From a virus, in the IMG/VR virus record IMGVR_UViG_3300024992_000001: DNA of 52,244 nucleotides. The stretch is one strand, 5' to 3'. Below the pieces are notes generated by a model. The model did not search any database. It was not told the DNA's origin and saw only the letters and a list, made by a program, of their open reading frames with translations. Below, in pieces: positions 50,373 to 52,244 of the stretch (position 1 is its first letter; each line of letters opens with the position of its first letter). A program made the translations under genes and the position numbers.

Positions 50373-50942
50373 TTAATCTTCTCCCCATTTATCGTTTCTT
50401 TTAGCCCAGTCTACAGCCCCGGCATTTTTATTTTTATTTTGCCTGGAGGTATTAACCTTTTTATTTTGTTTTTCTTTTGTATCTGTATATTTTGCAGTAG
50501 GGGTATCTGCAAAATTTGCGGTACCCCCATCTGCAAAATTTGCAGTAGGGGTGTGGATAAGTGGATAACCCTTGATGTTAAGCTCATAGATGCTGGTATC
50601 TTTTGCACCGTTCGCCTTATTCATCAAATGTTTGAAGATGAAACCCCGCTGGACCAGGCTCTTTAGAGCTGTCGCTAAACTCCGCTCGCTGACTCCAGCT
50701 CCCCGGTCCACCTGGGAGCCGTCGAACCGCTTGATACCTTCCATGAACTGGCTATAGCTGATTGCGTCGGCGGCTTTCCGGTCACCGTACTGCGTGGTAT
50801 AGCCGTAAGTGTGCCGGAAAATATAGAGCATTACTTTTAACTCGCTCTCGGATAAATCCTGCATTAAAAAATCCAGGAACTTATTCGGAATTCCGGTAAA
50901 AGTCGGCTCTCCAAAACCTTCAAACTCGGTTGAAGTAGTCAT
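50373..50942 (-). CDS. rep: Replication initiator with a lambda-O/DnaD-like winged-helix N-terminus (189 aa)
   Basis: IPNKFLDFLMQDLSESELKVMLYIFRHTYGY...SYSQFMEGI...GVSERSLATALKSLVQRGFI. Iterons and DnaA boxes lie inside its 3' third. Confidence 0.7.
   Translation of the reverse strand: MTTSTEFEGFGEPTFTGIPNKFLDFLMQDLSESELKVMLYIFRHTYGYTTQYGDRKAADAISYSQFMEGIKRFDGSQVDRGAGVSERSLATALKSLVQRGFIFKHLMNKANGAKDTSIYELNIKGYPLIHTPTANFADGGTANFADTPTAKYTDTKEKQNKKVNTSRQNKNKNAGAVDWAKRNDKWGED
50481..50552. repeat. Three tandem 24-bp iterons inside rep
   Basis: The units are ATCTGTATATTTTGCAGTAGGGGT, ATCTGCAAAATTTGCGGTACCCCC and ATCTGCAAAATTTGCAGTAGGGGT. Each contains the palindrome CTGCAAA-A-TTTGCAG or a variant. 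Confidence 0.7.
50552..50568. promoter_or_regulatory. Two tandem DnaA-box-like 9-mers
   Basis: TGTGGATAA (50552-50560) is the reverse complement of the consensus TTATCCACA. AGTGGATAA (50560-50568) is the reverse complement of TTATCCACT. Confidence 0.5.
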
Positions 50943-50948
50943 TTTGGC

Positions 50949-50984
50949 TATTTACTTTCTTTTTCACACCTGCTAAGATGTGAA
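50949..50984 (-). promoter_or_regulatory. Putative rep promoter with an inverted repeat over the -35 element; near-leaderless
   Basis: The minus strand reads TTAGCA (50976..50971), a 16-nt spacer, TAAATA (50954..50949), then 6 nt and the ATG. The IR TTCACA/TGTGAA (50963-50984) brackets the -35. Confidence 0.4.
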
Positions 50985-51045
50985 GGACACGAAAAAGGAG
51001 CTTTTTTAAAAGCCATTTCGGTCAAATATTTGGAAAAGAATTTTC

Positions 51046-51068
51046 AGCCCCTAGTGCAAATAGGGGCT
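51046..51068. terminator. Hairpin between the par operon and rep (possible terminator)
   Basis: AGCCCCTA-gtgcaaa-TAGGGGCT. The T-rich tail is clearer on the + strand than on the - strand. Confidence 0.4.
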
Positions 51069-51129
51069 TTTATTATGTCTAGAACATGTTATCAACTAAT
51101 GGGGAAGAGTCAAGAGGATTAATTTTGGA

Positions 51130-51333
51130 TTAGCCGATACGGACAAACATATTAGGATACTTTTCTGTTACATCTTCAACTTTAACCGGCAATTCCCCCT
51201 TATCAGCCTTTTCCTGTAAATCTTTCCTTAGCTCTTCAAAAACTTCGTCCGATAAATACTCATTCATATTTACTTCGTTACTGATTTGAAAAACCCAGTC
51301 TTTAGAGTAAATTTTAGCAATTTTCTTTTTCAT
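51130..51333 (-). CDS. Hypothetical acidic protein, third gene of the par operon (67 aa; internal ATG chosen)
   Basis: ATG 51333 overlaps the upstream stop (TAATG). The product reads MKKKIAKIYSKDWVF... Confidence 0.5.
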   Translation of the reverse strand: MKKKIAKIYSKDWVFQISNEVNMNEYLSDEVFEELRKDLQEKADKGELPVKVEDVTEKYPNMFVRIG

Positions 51334-51605
51334 TACTCTCCAGCTCCCCGCCGCGCTAACTTTTCCCGGCAAGCATTGTTAATCCAGGTATTGACGCTCA
51401 CATCGTCTTCTTCAGCGGCTTTTTTGATTTCTTCCAGGAGCGCCGGTCGAAAGTAAGTCGAATAAGGCTTTTTATTTTTTCTGCTCTCGGTTTCCACAGG
51501 TGGGGCGACTTCGGCTTCCAGCTCGCCCAGGAAGCGGTCAGCGGCGGCGGCCTGGTCGGTATTCCCTTTTACCGGCAGTTTCGTGACTTTGGTAGTGAGC
51601 GCCAT
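51333..51605 (-). CDS. parG: Ribbon-helix-helix (ParG/CopG-like) centromere-binding/partition adaptor candidate (90 aa)
   Basis: The C-terminal KKPYSTYFRPALLEEIKKAAEEDDVSVNTWINNACREKL fits a strand-helix-helix fold. It lies directly downstream of parA. Confidence 0.6.
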   Translation of the reverse strand: MALTTKVTKLPVKGNTDQAAAADRFLGELEAEVAPPVETESRKNKKPYSTYFRPALLEEIKKAAEEDDVSVNTWINNACREKLARRGAGE

Positions 51606-51609
51606 TTAA

Positions 51610-52244
51610 TTAATCCTCTTCTTTGTAAATTTCTTTTTCGAGCGCCGTTATTTCTTCGATAGCCTTCGGGTCTCGTGGTTGGTATTCGGTGACGGCCCGG
51701 CCCGTAGCCGACGAGTTCGAGAATGACTTGCGCCGGCCAATGCTGCCCAGGACCTCGATTCCTTCAATCCCCTTCAAAAACTCCAGGGCCTCTTCGTTAT
51801 CGCGGCCAGCCGGGTCGGCCATGTTCAAGATTGTACAGACCCTTATTTCGTGTGGATTCCCGGCCCTTGCATCTTCGATAATTTCGAGAGTTTGCTGGAA
51901 GGCCAGTATATCGTAAGTGCGCGGCTGGACCGGCACCAGGACGGTCTCGGCAATCAACAGGGCGGCCCGTAGAGACAGGTTGTCCTGGCCGCCTACGTCA
52001 ATGATGGTATCGTCGTATTTAGCCGCTAAATCGGCCCCCTGGGCGCTCAGGAGCCGGTTTCTAAGGCTTACCGCCGCGAAGCCGATATTGCCTAGGTTGT
52101 CGTCCCTTAACTGGGTAAAGCTTAAAGAATTTTCCTGCTTATCGCCGTCAATCAGGAGCACGGAGCGCCGGCGAGCGGTCCGTAAGACGGCCAGGTTAGT
52201 TGCGAGTGTGGTCTTCCCGCTACCCCCTTTGGTTGACCCTACAA
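51610..52244 (-). CDS. parA: ParA/Soj-family partition ATPase, main body (N-terminus continues at 140..128 after circular joining; about 215 aa in total)
   Basis: LLIDGDKQ (Walker A' region), TIIDVGGQD (Walker B-like) and VLVPVQP, with the small size typical of type Ib ParA proteins. Confidence 0.85.
   Translation of the reverse strand, partial: VGSTKGGSGKTTLATNLAVLRTARRRSVLLIDGDKQENSLSFTQLRDDNLGNIGFAAVSLRNRLLSAQGADLAAKYDDTIIDVGGQDNLSLRAALLIAETVLVPVQPRTYDILAFQQTLEIIEDARAGNPHEIRVCTILNMADPAGRDNEEALEFLKGIEGIEVLGSIGRRKSFSNSSATGRAVTEYQPRDPKAIEEITALEKEIYKEED
52118..52244. repeat. Terminal duplication copy 2 (identical to 1-127)
   Basis: Read directly. Confidence 0.95.

Larger units (their letters stand above)
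1..52244. mobile_element. Complete circularly closing siphovirus-like phage genome with a plasmid-type maintenance module (phage-plasmid candidate); unique length 52,117 bp
   Basis: Bases 1-127 equal 52118-52244. Terminase, portal, protease/scaffold, capsid, tape measure and lysis genes lie on the + strand. Rep, parA and an RHH partner lie on the - strand. No integrase-like ORF was recognised. Confidence 0.8.

Noticed and set aside
50358-50666. 102-aa + strand ORF over the iteron region.
   Set aside because: It is antisense to the motif-supported rep gene. Its Cys/Ile/Phe-rich product is an artefact of the iteron and AT-tract repeats.

Overview
This window is a complete, circularly closing tailed-phage genome. 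Bases 1-127 are identical to 52118-52244, so the unique length is 52,117 bp, and a parA-like gene is intact only when the ends are joined. About 75 tightly packed, often translationally coupled ORFs lie on the + strand. The early/replication arm (about 250-21077) encodes an SNF2 helicase, an AEP primase-polymerase, an SF1 helicase, a VRR-NUC nuclease, an HD hydrolase, a minimised ComM/YifB-like protein and many zinc-ribbon mini-proteins. A 1.07-kb structured non-coding region follows (21078-22145). The late arm (22146-50312) encodes small and large terminase, portal, a 10-gene accessory structural block, a 2H-phosphoesterase/prohead-protease/scaffold fusion, major capsid, tail tube, chaperones, a 1424-aa tape measure, Dit/Tal-like proteins and a lysis cassette. 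A short minus-strand module (50373-52244, continuing to 140) encodes a lambda-O-like Rep with iterons and DnaA boxes inside its own coding sequence, plus a ParA / ribbon-helix-helix partition pair. I saw no integrase, so I read the element as a phage-plasmid. The items most worth follow-up are: the capsid-targeted 2H phosphoesterase fusion; six near-identical operator-over-promoter sites dispersed over 10 kb; a ~335-bp dyad-symmetric AT-rich element in the non-coding region; a strong terminator 11 nt upstream of the head operon; a 17x ~21-aa tandem-repeat virion protein; and two candidate recoding sites. All functional calls rest on motifs read by eye and on gene order. No database search was possible.
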